Notes under the pieces: generated by a model
What the model saw: the letters and a program-made list of their open reading frames with translations, nothing else
The model's database searches: none
What the model was told of the DNA's origin: nothing
Assembly: GCA_030619905.1 (NCBI GenBank)
Contig: JAUXAO010000002.1
Location: 129,193 to 193,192, forward strand
Direction of reading: 5' to 3'
Origin: a bacterium
GTDB taxonomy: Bacteria > Patescibacteriota > Minisyncoccia > Minisyncoccales > CG1-02-41-26
Length of the DNA stretch: 64,000 nt
Shown here: positions 6,967 to 15,466 of the stretch, piece after piece
Layout of the letters: each line of letters begins with the position of its first letter
Numbering within the stretch: position 1 is the first letter of the stretch
Program-made: the position numbers and the translations under genes

Positions 6967-9183
6967 CTAAAGATTTAAATCAGTCCAATTATCGAAAGAA
7001 TTATCTTTTAACTCTTTACTTGTTTTATCAAAATAAATCCATCGTCCTCTATATTCTCTTTGATCAGTATTTGTAACTATCCCACCGAAAAGTTTTTTAC
7101 CTTTTTTGTTTTCATTTTGAATATAGCTATATAACCCATCCGATTTAGGTTTAAAATCGCTTAAATAAGTACCATGAGGATCAAACAACCCTACTCTCCC
7201 ACTTTTTAATTTAACAATGAAATCGACATAAAATGGCTTTTGTCTCTCGTTATTATAAGGCACGGCGAAAAATGTTGCATCTCGATCTCCATTTTTAAAC
7301 CACTGCTTAATATTATTTGACTTTTCTAAAAATTCTATAAATAATTTTTCTGTTTTCCACCTACCGTTACTAAAAAATGGTTGCATTATCGATTTCTTCT
7401 TCTCTTCTCTTACATATTCACTATTAAATCTTAAACTCTCAGGGATATTCCAATTTTTAATTGATGCTAATTCTTTTTCTTTTTTAAAAATCTCTTGAAT
7501 GTAATTTTCTTTCGCTTCTTCAATTGTTCCTATAAAATAATATTTATTTTTATTATTTAACACAACTTTGATGATTTTTTCTTGCTTCTTTCCATAATCC
7601 ATCCCAAAAACTAACTGAAAAAATCTATAGATTGCTTCTTTAACTTTACCTACTGACCTATCTTCGGGATAAAAGGGAGATAGATTTTTTCTTACAAAAA
7701 AATCAAACAATTTTTGGAGTTCATAACCTGCTGGTTTAAACTTTGCCTTCCTTTCTCTCGTTAATCCCGCCATAGCCTGATCAATCTCTTCCATTTTCCA
7801 GTCTGAAATGATCTCCTCATCTAACTTCTTGGTCCATAAATTTATCTTCTTTTTTAAATTTCTCTTTTTAGCTATATCCAAAAATATCTTAATAAATAAA
7901 GGGGATAATCTTGTCCTTTCTCGATGTCTTTTGGAATGATAAGAAGTTAAATTTACCGGCTGATAATCTTCTCTGCGTTTGCTTTCATAAATTGTGATAT
8001 AATCTTTAGCAATGTCTTCTTTTATTTCAATATCACTTAAATTAGTGTAGATATAAGCTAAATTTAGTACTGGATAATTTTGATAATGGCCCTTGTCCGG
8101 CTCTGGCATTCTCATAATTCGGCCAACTGTTTGTATCGAAAAAATAGGGCTATGCCATTCTCGAAATAAAACTAAAATTTGGGCACGGGGGCAATCCCAA
8201 CCCAAGGCAATTGCTTGTTTAAAAATCAAAACTTCGACTTCACTGTCATTTTTTTCAACATTTTCTTTATTTATATGTTCACCGGAAAGCCAAATAGCCA
8301 ATTTGCCATTTTTCTTAGTTATATTGTATTTATCTTCTAAAATCCTGATTATTTTTTCTTTCATTGTATCCTCTAAACTCCCTATCCGATCTGGTAATTG
8401 GATCAAAATTAAAGGATTAATGCCTGCTTTTTCTTCACAATATTCTTTCAAAAGATCTTTTCTCTTTTTTAATGCCTCTTTAATAACCATCTCTTCACTT
8501 CCTTCACCTAATTCTGTTTTTATTTTTCCTTTATCTAATTTATTTTTAAAATCTTCATTTAAAACCACGGCCTTTTTAATCATTCCTTCAGTTTTAACAT
8601 CTTCAATATGAACATTTACAGTCTCGTTACCCTCCAAAACCGGGGTAGCCGAAACTTCAATTGTTAAATCAGCACTTATGTCTTGCCTTAATTTATTTGC
8701 TGCTGGCGCATCAGCACTGAAATGACTTTCATCAATAATCAAAATTATTTTTCTATTTTCTTCTCTGGTATTTTCAAGTACTTTTGATAAATTTAAATCC
8801 TGTTCATTTTCTCGAATGTAAATATTATCTCTTTTATTTATGCTTTCCCAATTGAAAAACAAAATCTCATTTTCTCCGATCCTTCTATTCTCTAGGTCTT
8901 CGAAAAACGAACATCTTAAAGCCCGAGTATTTCTAAAATAGTTCTCTAGCTTCTCCTTACTTTGTTCGTGTAAATGTCTTGGAGCCGTCCAAATAAAAGA
9001 CAAGGGTTGCCTAAATTCTGGATCCTTAATCAATTGCTTCAAGAATTCAGCCATCATTATTGTTTTCCCTGAACCAGTCGGCGCCCTAAAAACCAATTTC
9101 TTATTACCAGAATAACCCAAAAGTTTTTTGGCTTTCTCTAATAAATCATCTATTGCATTTTCTTGATAAATTTTGAGCTGCAT
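6967..9183 (-). CDS. res: Type III restriction enzyme Res-like SF2 helicase subunit
   Basis: Motif I RAPTGSGKT, motif II IIDESH, motif III SATP. C-terminal FYVDFIVKLKSGRVGLFDPHG resembles a PD...(D/E)xK nuclease core but reads D-P-H instead of E-x-K. Confidence 0.8.
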   Translation of the reverse strand: MQLKIYQENAIDDLLEKAKKLLGYSGNKKLVFRAPTGSGKTIMMAEFLKQLIKDPEFRQPLSFIWTAPRHLHEQSKEKLENYFRNTRALRCSFFEDLENRRIGENEILFFNWESINKRDNIYIRENEQDLNLSKVLENTREENRKIILIIDESHFSADAPAANKLRQDISADLTIEVSATPVLEGNETVNVHIEDVKTEGMIKKAVVLNEDFKNKLDKGKIKTELGEGSEEMVIKEALKKRKDLLKEYCEEKAGINPLILIQLPDRIGSLEDTMKEKIIRILEDKYNITKKNGKLAIWLSGEHINKENVEKNDSEVEVLIFKQAIALGWDCPRAQILVLFREWHSPIFSIQTVGRIMRMPEPDKGHYQNYPVLNLAYIYTNLSDIEIKEDIAKDYITIYESKRREDYQPVNLTSYHSKRHRERTRLSPLFIKIFLDIAKKRNLKKKINLWTKKLDEEIISDWKMEEIDQAMAGLTRERKAKFKPAGYELQKLFDFFVRKNLSPFYPEDRSVGKVKEAIYRFFQLVFGMDYGKKQEKIIKVVLNNKNKYYFIGTIEEAKENYIQEIFKKEKELASIKNWNIPESLRFNSEYVREEKKKSIMQPFFSNGRWKTEKLFIEFLEKSNNIKQWFKNGDRDATFFAVPYNNERQKPFYVDFIVKLKSGRVGLFDPHGTYLSDFKPKSDGLYSYIQNENKKGKKLFGGIVTNTDQREYRGRWIYFDKTSKELKDNSFDNWTDLNL

Positions 9184-9185
9184 AA

Positions 9186-9770
9186 TTAACCTCTCTTAAA
9201 ATATAAACTACCAAAATTTTGCCTATCTCTACCAGAATAATATTCACCAGTAAGAGTGTTGTCTTTCTCGTTAAATAACAGTCTTGTAGTTCCACGATGA
9301 ATACTCATTGTTTCAATAGAGTCTGATTTTGGTTCGTTAATATATTGATAACTTAAATATTTGCCTTCGGGTGTATTCATTACGATAGATGCTGTCTCAC
9401 TGTGAGACAATGAATGTTCAGTGATTAGTATAATTTTTATCTGCGTCCAAGTTTGGAAAAAGCGTAAAGTTGCTTTTGTTTCTGATGAATGCTCATCAAA
9501 AGAAGATTTTAGATGTCCTTCCCATTCTCCATTTAGGTCAGGAGTTTTTACAAGGCCAATTTTTCTAAAAAATTTCCAGAGCCATTTATCAAAAACCCAA
9601 AAAAATAGACCGTAGAAACATAACACTGATGGACTTTCAACCCACCAAGACAAAGTAATTTGATGATTACTAAGTATCTTATAAAAACTCCAAGTTAGGA
9701 CAATACTAACAATCGCCAAGAATAATAAAGTGTTTTTTCTTTCTTTTGTATCTATAGAATAGGAATGCAT
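9186..9770 (-). CDS. Cap15-like / S-2TMBeta effector (two N-terminal TM helices plus a beta-rich domain)
   Basis: Hydrophobic helices LLFLAIVSIVLTWSFY and VLCFYGLFFWVF, then PDLNGEWEGHL...TGEYYSGRDRQNFGSLYFKR. About 194 aa. It lies immediately downstream of the NTase, as in type I CBASS. Confidence 0.65.
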   Translation of the reverse strand: MHSYSIDTKERKNTLLFLAIVSIVLTWSFYKILSNHQITLSWWVESPSVLCFYGLFFWVFDKWLWKFFRKIGLVKTPDLNGEWEGHLKSSFDEHSSETKATLRFFQTWTQIKIILITEHSLSHSETASIVMNTPEGKYLSYQYINEPKSDSIETMSIHRGTTRLLFNEKDNTLTGEYYSGRDRQNFGSLYFKRG

Positions 9771-9771
9771 A

Positions 9772-10623
9772 TTACCAATTATCCCAAAGCGAGATTAAAT
9801 TTTGTATAAATTCTTTTGCTTGGTCTATATTCCATTGCTCGGGCGTCATTCCAAAAAGTTTTAACTGTTCATTCTGGCAGATAAAATTTTCTAAACTTAC
9901 TTCATCAAGCCAATTTACAACATTACAAAAAGTATCTTGGTAGTTTGTTCCAAAATCCTCATCAGGAACATTATAAAGCATACATTCCAAAAAATACGAG
10001 GGGGTTAAATCTCCAGAAATATAACCCCTGCTGTTTTTAAACAATCTTACAGTTCGTTTATACCAAGTATCTGTATTTTGGTTTTTATATACTCCGTTAT
10101 TATAATGACTTTTTGGATAGTTTATAATCCAGCGCGACTCACTCGGTACCCAAAATGTCATGCCCTTTATAAACTTAGATAAGTCTGCGGAATATTTTCT
10201 ATATTGAATACAAATAACCACATCAGCAGGCAGTCGTCCATTGTCTCCACCTAATTTCAAGGATTTTCTTCCTTCTTCAATAGACGAAGCTCCGTAATAT
10301 CTACACAGAGCGTCAAAAACATCAGTTCTAAAATCTCGCCATTTATAATACGCTTCTGAAATACCTAAAAGTCGTTTTTCTTCTTCTGTTAAATTAGAAC
10401 GAAAGGTGGTACTTAGCTGAACAACTAAATCCACATCACTATCACCACGAATATTGGTATTATTTTTATATGATCCCTGTAAATAGATCTCATAATCAAT
10501 GTTCTCTTCTTGCCAATCATCATATACAGCCAAAGCATTCTTAATAGAATCAGCAGTTGCTTTGGCGGTAGTAACCGCCCCTAGATGCGACCATGTTTCT
10601 AATTGTGATTCTGGTATAGTCAT
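9772..10623 (-). CDS. CD-NTase / SMODS-type nucleotidyltransferase
   Basis: QGSYKNNTNIRGDSDVDLVVQL (G-S ... D-x-D), third acidic residue in LPADVVICIQY, and a C-terminal helical part with SYFLECMLYNVPDE. Confidence 0.7.
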   Translation of the reverse strand: MTIPESQLETWSHLGAVTTAKATADSIKNALAVYDDWQEENIDYEIYLQGSYKNNTNIRGDSDVDLVVQLSTTFRSNLTEEEKRLLGISEAYYKWRDFRTDVFDALCRYYGASSIEEGRKSLKLGGDNGRLPADVVICIQYRKYSADLSKFIKGMTFWVPSESRWIINYPKSHYNNGVYKNQNTDTWYKRTVRLFKNSRGYISGDLTPSYFLECMLYNVPDEDFGTNYQDTFCNVVNWLDEVSLENFICQNEQLKLFGMTPEQWNIDQAKEFIQNLISLWDNW

Positions 10624-10625
10624 AA

Positions 10626-12320
10626 TTATTTAAATATTCTTCTATATACTCTCAAAATTGCTTCGGGGATAGGAAAAAGTTTAACTTTTTGTTTTATATC
10701 AGTAAACTCTTCTTCAAAAGTATCATCGCCTAAAGAAAAAACATAGACACTAAATTTGCTTTTTATCTCTTTAATTACCTTTTTAAACTCTGGTATTGCT
10801 AATTGGTCAAAAATTATACCGGTATAATGATTGGTATTTTTGAAAATCTTAAAATTCTTTCGACCCATAACTTTCTCAAAAGTTTCTTCTTTTATGCAAA
10901 GCATTTCTGTTGTTTGTTCGGTTAATTTCTTTTTATTTTTATCGGTTGGTTCGGCGTCAACAAGATCGGTTTTGAAATATTTTAAGTTTCCACCTAGGCC
11001 TCTTTTATTTTTAAAACCATGAATTACTTTTGTTATCCTAGGATAACAAAGTTTAGAACACACCCTCGCTTCATCATTGGTGCACAAAATAAATTTCCTA
11101 TTTCCACCATCTTTTCTATTAAGATCCAAAACAGCATGGCCAGTAGTTCCTGAACCAGCAAAAAAATCTAAAACTGTCAAATCCTTTTGTTTAGGGTAAA
11201 TCGTGATTATCCTTTCAATAAGTTTTATTGGTTTTTGTCCGTTCGGCAATATTACAGGAGATTCATTTTGAATATTATTATAATCTATATCATCCCATAT
11301 ATCCGAAAGGGCTAATGCTATACCCCTGAATTCTCCACCATTCAGTGGTTTTATGGAAGATGAGAGAAAAGAAAGCATTCTGCCATTGTATAAATATATT
11401 TTATTTCCTGACTTAGATTTAAAAATAATTACTTCACCATTCTTTTTTAGAGATTCTTTTTTCTCCGGAGAATCTTTATAAGCACCGGTCTGACAAATAT
11501 TATCTTGATATTCTAAATAAAACTTTTTGAATTTAGGATCTTCTATTTCTAAAGAACCAATCTTTTGTCCGCTTCTTAATAGTCCCTTTTTCAAAAGGAT
11601 AGATTTTAAATCCATTATTCTATTATTTCTCTTATTATAGAATAAATTAAAATGGGAATCCCATTTACCTTTCTTTCCAGTATAAGTTCTATTATAGTTA
11701 TATTTACTACTGTTCCTTGAATAAATTAGTAAATAATCTTTTATTCTCACTGGTTTATTTCCATATATTTTAAAAGCATTTATTGAAGATGTTCTCACTG
11801 TTATCTCTGCGATAAAGTTATTTTCTCCGAAGATTTGGTCACAAAGAATCTTAAGCTGAGATTTTTCATTATCATCAATAGAAATAAAAATCACCCCTGT
11901 ATCTTTTAATAAATTTTTTGCCAATCTCAATCTTTTCTCCATAAAAGAAAGCCATTTTGAGTGGCGATAGGCATCTTCTTTATCAATGTAGCGATCATTG
12001 AAAATGAAATCTTTATTACCAGTATTATATGGTGGATCAATATAAATCATATCTACTTTCTTTGCGTGAGTGTAATTCAAAACTGAAAGCGAATGATAAT
12101 TATCACCTTCAATTAGAAGATTAACCGATTTATTTTTGTCAGTTATTATTTCTTTATTTTTTGCTTCTTTTAGAACTGGTAATTCCTTCTTACATTGCTC
12201 AGCAACTTTTTCTTCTTTTTCTTCCCAAACCAAACCATATTTTTTGCGTTTTTCTAAGTTCTGAATTCTTGCAATTAAATCTTTTTTTGACCAATTTTTA
12301 TAATTTTTCTTTTTTGGCAT
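10626..12320 (-). CDS. mod: Type III R-M Mod DNA methyltransferase (beta-class N6-adenine/N4-cytosine)
   Basis: Motif IV IYIDPPYNTG precedes motif I VLDFFAGSGTTGHAV (beta permutation). The size of 564 aa is typical of Mod. Confidence 0.88.
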   Translation of the reverse strand: MPKKKNYKNWSKKDLIARIQNLEKRKKYGLVWEEKEEKVAEQCKKELPVLKEAKNKEIITDKNKSVNLLIEGDNYHSLSVLNYTHAKKVDMIYIDPPYNTGNKDFIFNDRYIDKEDAYRHSKWLSFMEKRLRLAKNLLKDTGVIFISIDDNEKSQLKILCDQIFGENNFIAEITVRTSSINAFKIYGNKPVRIKDYLLIYSRNSSKYNYNRTYTGKKGKWDSHFNLFYNKRNNRIMDLKSILLKKGLLRSGQKIGSLEIEDPKFKKFYLEYQDNICQTGAYKDSPEKKESLKKNGEVIIFKSKSGNKIYLYNGRMLSFLSSSIKPLNGGEFRGIALALSDIWDDIDYNNIQNESPVILPNGQKPIKLIERIITIYPKQKDLTVLDFFAGSGTTGHAVLDLNRKDGGNRKFILCTNDEARVCSKLCYPRITKVIHGFKNKRGLGGNLKYFKTDLVDAEPTDKNKKKLTEQTTEMLCIKEETFEKVMGRKNFKIFKNTNHYTGIIFDQLAIPEFKKVIKEIKSKFSVYVFSLGDDTFEEEFTDIKQKVKLFPIPEAILRVYRRIFK

Positions 12321-12324
12321 AATT

Positions 12325-12996
12325 TTAAATTAATTTTTTCTCTTTAAAACTAAATACCTTGGTTTTGGTAATAATTATATGGTCCAAAACATCTATCCCC
12401 ATTATCTTGCTTGCTTCTACTATTCTCTTAGTGATCTCTAAATCATCTTGAGAAGGTTCCGAATCCCCCGAAGGATGATTATGAGCTAAAATTACTGAAG
12501 CGGCATTATATTTTAAAGCTCCAGCAAAAATTTCTCGGGGATGGACTAAATTAGCATTTAAGGTGCCAACAAACATTGGCTTTTTATGAATCATTTCGTT
12601 TCTACCATTAAGATAAATAACCATCAAATGCTCTCTAGTTTTATCTTTCATATAAATAGCTTGAGCAATAACATCTTTGACTGAATTAATAATTGGCAGG
12701 GTTTCATCTCTCACCTTCAAAGCTCTTTTTACTAACTCCTGAGCGGCTAAAATGGTACAAGCTTTAGCTGGGCCAATACCTTTAATCTTAGACAATTCTT
12801 TATAATCTAATTGTAATAATCTTTTTTTAGAATATTTTCTTAAAATTTGTCTGGAAACCTCAATAACGTTCTTCCCTTTTATTCCAATTCCTAAAAGAAT
12901 AGCTAAAAGTTCCTCATCTTTTAAATTCTGAGAACCTTTAGCAATCAATTTTTCTCTTGGTCGTTCAATTTTGGATAAATCTTTTATTTTTAGCAT
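12325..12996 (-). CDS. radC: RadC/UPF0758 JAB-domain protein
   Basis: HhH region GIGPAKA and JAMM motif HNHPSGDSEPSQDD. Confidence 0.9.
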   Translation of the reverse strand: MLKIKDLSKIERPREKLIAKGSQNLKDEELLAILLGIGIKGKNVIEVSRQILRKYSKKRLLQLDYKELSKIKGIGPAKACTILAAQELVKRALKVRDETLPIINSVKDVIAQAIYMKDKTREHLMVIYLNGRNEMIHKKPMFVGTLNANLVHPREIFAGALKYNAASVILAHNHPSGDSEPSQDDLEITKRIVEASKIMGIDVLDHIIITKTKVFSFKEKKLI

Positions 12997-13007
12997 TCGT
13001 TTAAAGT

Positions 13008-13586
13008 TTATTCAACAAACGGATTCTTCATCCCAAAAACTATTTTTGGTGTTTGGTTGTTAATAACATCCTCTGAAAGATTATACTTCCTGCTGTATAA
13101 TGTATCAATTGAACAAAATAAGGCATCTTTGTAATCAAATCCAAGCTTTCCAGCCATATCTTTAACTGATTCTTCTGAATCCCCTTCAATCTCAACAAAT
13201 GGCTCTAAAAATGGCCATTCATCAATTGTAATCTCAATACCATCTATTTCCCACAATTCTCTTTTATTCTCCTGATAAGCTTTCTTTTCACAACCTAAAA
13301 GAGTTAAAAACTCTTCAGCTCTTTCTAAACTGTCAATTTTTAGACAAATTTCCTTTTGACTTTCAATACCAGCACCATCAACAACCTTTAAACTCATTGT
13401 GATTTTATCTCCCTCATCTCTAACTCTTATCCATCCTCCTTTTATCTTGCATTCTTTTGGAAGATTAAAAACAATCCTTTTTTGCAAGAATTCAGAACGA
13501 ATTAGTTTTCCTTTAATTTTTCTTAATTTTTCTCTTATATCCTTCTTATCAATATTCGTAAAAGTAGCTTCGTATTCTATTTTCAT
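13008..13586 (-). CDS. CYTH-domain protein (class IV adenylate cyclase / triphosphate tunnel metalloenzyme)
   Basis: N-terminal MKIEYEATF (ExE) and later acidic strands WEIDGIEITIDEW and FVEIEGD. Confidence 0.72.
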   Translation of the reverse strand: MKIEYEATFTNIDKKDIREKLRKIKGKLIRSEFLQKRIVFNLPKECKIKGGWIRVRDEGDKITMSLKVVDGAGIESQKEICLKIDSLERAEEFLTLLGCEKKAYQENKRELWEIDGIEITIDEWPFLEPFVEIEGDSEESVKDMAGKLGFDYKDALFCSIDTLYSRKYNLSEDVINNQTPKIVFGMKNPFVE

Positions 13587-13638
13587 TGGTTTTGTGTTCT
13601 TTTTTCATTTTATGCCTTTTTAAAGGGTTTGTCTAATC

Positions 13639-13666
13639 AAAAAGCGTCCTGCTGGGGACGCTTTTC
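13639..13666 (-). terminator. Terminator hairpin after the ATP-cone gene
   Basis: AAAAGCGTCC-TGCTGG-GGACGCTTTT; bidirectional in form. Confidence 0.55.
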
Positions 13667-13695
13667 AGTGTTTTTCAACGCTTCTTGGTAATTTA

Positions 13696-13977
13696 TTACT
13701 CAGTCTTTGTTTTTCCCTGTTCGTATTCTCTCCAGGCATTTGCTACACCTGGTTCAACTCGATCCAACTCGCTGAGAATAGTCTCTCTAATCTCACTTGT
13801 TTCTATTTCTTCTCTACCTTCCAGTGTAGGAACTACTGCCGCTGTTACTTGCTCTACTACTTCATTTTTTCTTTCTTCTGGGATATCAGTTCGTTGAGCA
13901 GCACCAGCAATTGACTTTCTAATTTTTTCGGGATCAAATGGTTCTTTTGTTCCGTTTTTTTTGATAACTTCAGCCAT
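13696..13977 (-). CDS. Stand-alone ATP-cone domain protein
   Basis: VIKKNGTKEPFDPEKIRKSI is the ATP-cone N-terminal signature. Confidence 0.72.
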   Translation of the reverse strand: MAEVIKKNGTKEPFDPEKIRKSIAGAAQRTDIPEERKNEVVEQVTAAVVPTLEGREEIETSEIRETILSELDRVEPGVANAWREYEQGKTKTE

Positions 13978-14078
13978 AATTTATTAAGAATTCATTTATT
14001 GAAACTAACGACCTTTTTAAATCGCTTTCTTTAATTTTAGGTCTTTTGGAAAGCCTTGTCCAGCCCAAAGCAAGAAGA

Positions 14079-14124
14079 AAGCTCCTTAGTTTAAGTAAGT
14101 TGTCTTAAGTTATCTAAGGAGCTT
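14079..14124 (-). terminator. Long hairpin overlapping the stop of the 104-aa ORF
   Basis: 11-bp arms AAGCTCCTTAG / CTAAGGAGCTT with an inner TTAAG/CTTAA stem, followed by a T-rich tract on the minus strand. Confidence 0.4.
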
Positions 14125-14428
14125 CATGTGAGCTAAAATATGAGATGAACAATCTGAGTTGTTCTTCCCTCTTCCTTTTTTTAGGTGGTAATAATTTTTT
14201 AAGTAGCAGTTTCTCGTGCGAATTATCTAGGGGTTTTTCTTTTTCAACAGAAACATCAGAAACATCACAGTTTTTTAGCATGACATTCATATTTTTCTCT
14301 TTCTTTATTCTTGCAGCTACAAAAGTCATTGCTTGAGCAGGAGATATAGCTCTGGTATATTCACATATTTCGTCCCAGTAGTCACCATCGAGCCAGACAT
14401 CTGCTTTTACACAAAATAAAGGTCTCAC
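14114..14428 (-). CDS. Hypothetical protein (GTG start, strong SD GGAGGAGGTGA)
   Basis: ORF with a strong Shine-Dalgarno sequence. No motif recognised. Confidence 0.45.
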   Translation of the reverse strand: MRPLFCVKADVWLDGDYWDEICEYTRAISPAQAMTFVAARIKKEKNMNVMLKNCDVSDVSVEKEKPLDNSHEKLLLKKLLPPKKRKREEQLRLFISYFSSHEAP

Positions 14429-14434
14429 TTTCTG

Positions 14435-14605
14435 TCACCTCCTCCAATAATAATCAGTTAATTTTCCCACTATCTCTTCATTTTCTTTCTTCGATGGCTT
14501 CTTTAAGTGAATTTCCTCATCGTCATAAACCACCTCAACCCAAAGCGTTTTTCCGTCTGAGTAAACCCAGTCGCCATTTTCTAATTTGAAAAGTCGTTTG
14601 AACAT
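14435..14605 (-). CDS. Small hypothetical protein (56 aa), below the ORF-track cutoff
   Basis: My translation: MFKRLFKLENGDWVYSDGKTLWVEVVYDDEEIHLKKPSKKENEEIVGKLTDYYWRR. It is preceded by GGAGGTGAGAAC. Its stop overlaps the SD of the next ORF. Confidence 0.4.
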   Translation of the reverse strand: MFKRLFKLENGDWVYSDGKTLWVEVVYDDEEIHLKKPSKKENEEIVGKLTDYYWRR

Positions 14606-15068
14606 GTTCTCACCTCCTATTATTTTTTAAAGAATCAAATCAATTTCCTCTCTGAGAATAAAATTTCTAAAATCCTATTCTCAAAGAACAAATTGTTAAG
14701 AAAGACGAAGCACAAAGTATTTCCTACCTCGCCTTTCTTTTCTCTTTTTTCTGGTCGTTCTTATTCGCCCTATAGATGCAATACCCTGTTGCTGCTAAGC
14801 CAACTATCACAATCGCAATTAACACAAACTTAACGATTTGTTTCCACATTTTATCACCTCATCATTTATTATTTTTAAAAATATCTAATTAAAATCTTTT
14901 AATATCAATATTTTACATTATACCAGATTTTCAAAAAAAGTAAAGGAAAATAGAGAACCTCATTTTCTTTTTTGTTTTCCTTTAATTCTGGTATGTTCAA
15001 GCCGTTTGGCCAGTCCCCATCTCCTTTGATTAGTTTTCTTTACTCTTTTAATTTCTTTTTTCATATTT

Positions 15069-15461
15069 TTATTTACTTTTGTTTTTATCTCTCCTCCATT
15101 TTGCCTCAAGCACTCTAACTTGTTTTTCATTAAAGCCGAAATGGTGAGCGATTTCATGCCAGACAACAATTCTGACTAGTTTTTTAATATCCTCTTCTGT
15201 TTTGGCTAATTTCTCAATTGACTCTTGAAAAATGGTAATCTTATCCGGTAATCTGCCGGAAATTCTATTTCTGCCCCAAGTTGTTCTGGGAAATCCCTGG
15301 TAAAGACCTAAAAGAGTACCATTAATTCTGGTACCCACTTTTTCAAGCTCAAACTGGGAAGGACTTGGAGCAACACAAATAGCGACATTTTCCATCTTTT
15401 CCTGAATTTCTTTTGGCAAAGTCAATGTTGCCTCCTGAACTAATTTTTCAAAATCAACCAT
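15069..15461 (-). CDS. Zincin-like metallopeptidase family protein
   Basis: HExxH motif in VVWHEIAHHFG. Size and layout resemble the small possible-metallopeptidase family. Confidence 0.78.
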   Translation of the reverse strand: MVDFEKLVQEATLTLPKEIQEKMENVAICVAPSPSQFELEKVGTRINGTLLGLYQGFPRTTWGRNRISGRLPDKITIFQESIEKLAKTEEDIKKLVRIVVWHEIAHHFGFNEKQVRVLEAKWRRDKNKSK

Positions 15462-15466
15462 CTTGA

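Noticed and set aside
8093-8611. 172-aa plus-strand ORF inside res. The many other short antisense ORFs in the track fall in the same class (1461-1703, 2405-2777, 5415-5671, 9421-9615, 10831-11022, 13399-13897, 24598-25583, 26449-27680, 37907-38167, 59808-60161 and others).
   Set aside because: Each lies entirely within a longer opposite-strand gene that has strong family motifs. Their compositions are typical of antisense AT-rich frames.
12325-12996. RadC JAB domain as a CBASS Cap3 component (type II CBASS)
   Set aside because: There is no Cap2 (E1/E2-like) gene. The protein is a full-length RadC with the usual HhH N-terminus, and it lies upstream of mod rather than with the NTase.
14724-14850. 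Possible small TM peptide after a GAGGTGA SD. It reads MWKQIVKFVL and then, in another frame, IAIVIVGLAATGYCIYRANKNDQKKEKRKAR.
   Set aside because: Careful re-reading shows the ATG frame stops after 26 aa, and the hydrophobic part is in a different frame, directly preceded by TAA. It would need a frameshift at an A run, so it is unsupported.
14960-15169. 69-aa ORF overlapping the 3' end of the metallopeptidase gene. Its internal Met at 15064 would give a 34-aa, very basic peptide (MKKEIKRVKKTNQRRWGLAKRLEHTRIKGKQKRK).
   Set aside because: The full ORF overlaps a well-supported gene by about 100 nt. The short basic peptide is conceivable, but I cannot match it to L34, L36, S21 or any other family, so it is not reported as a feature.
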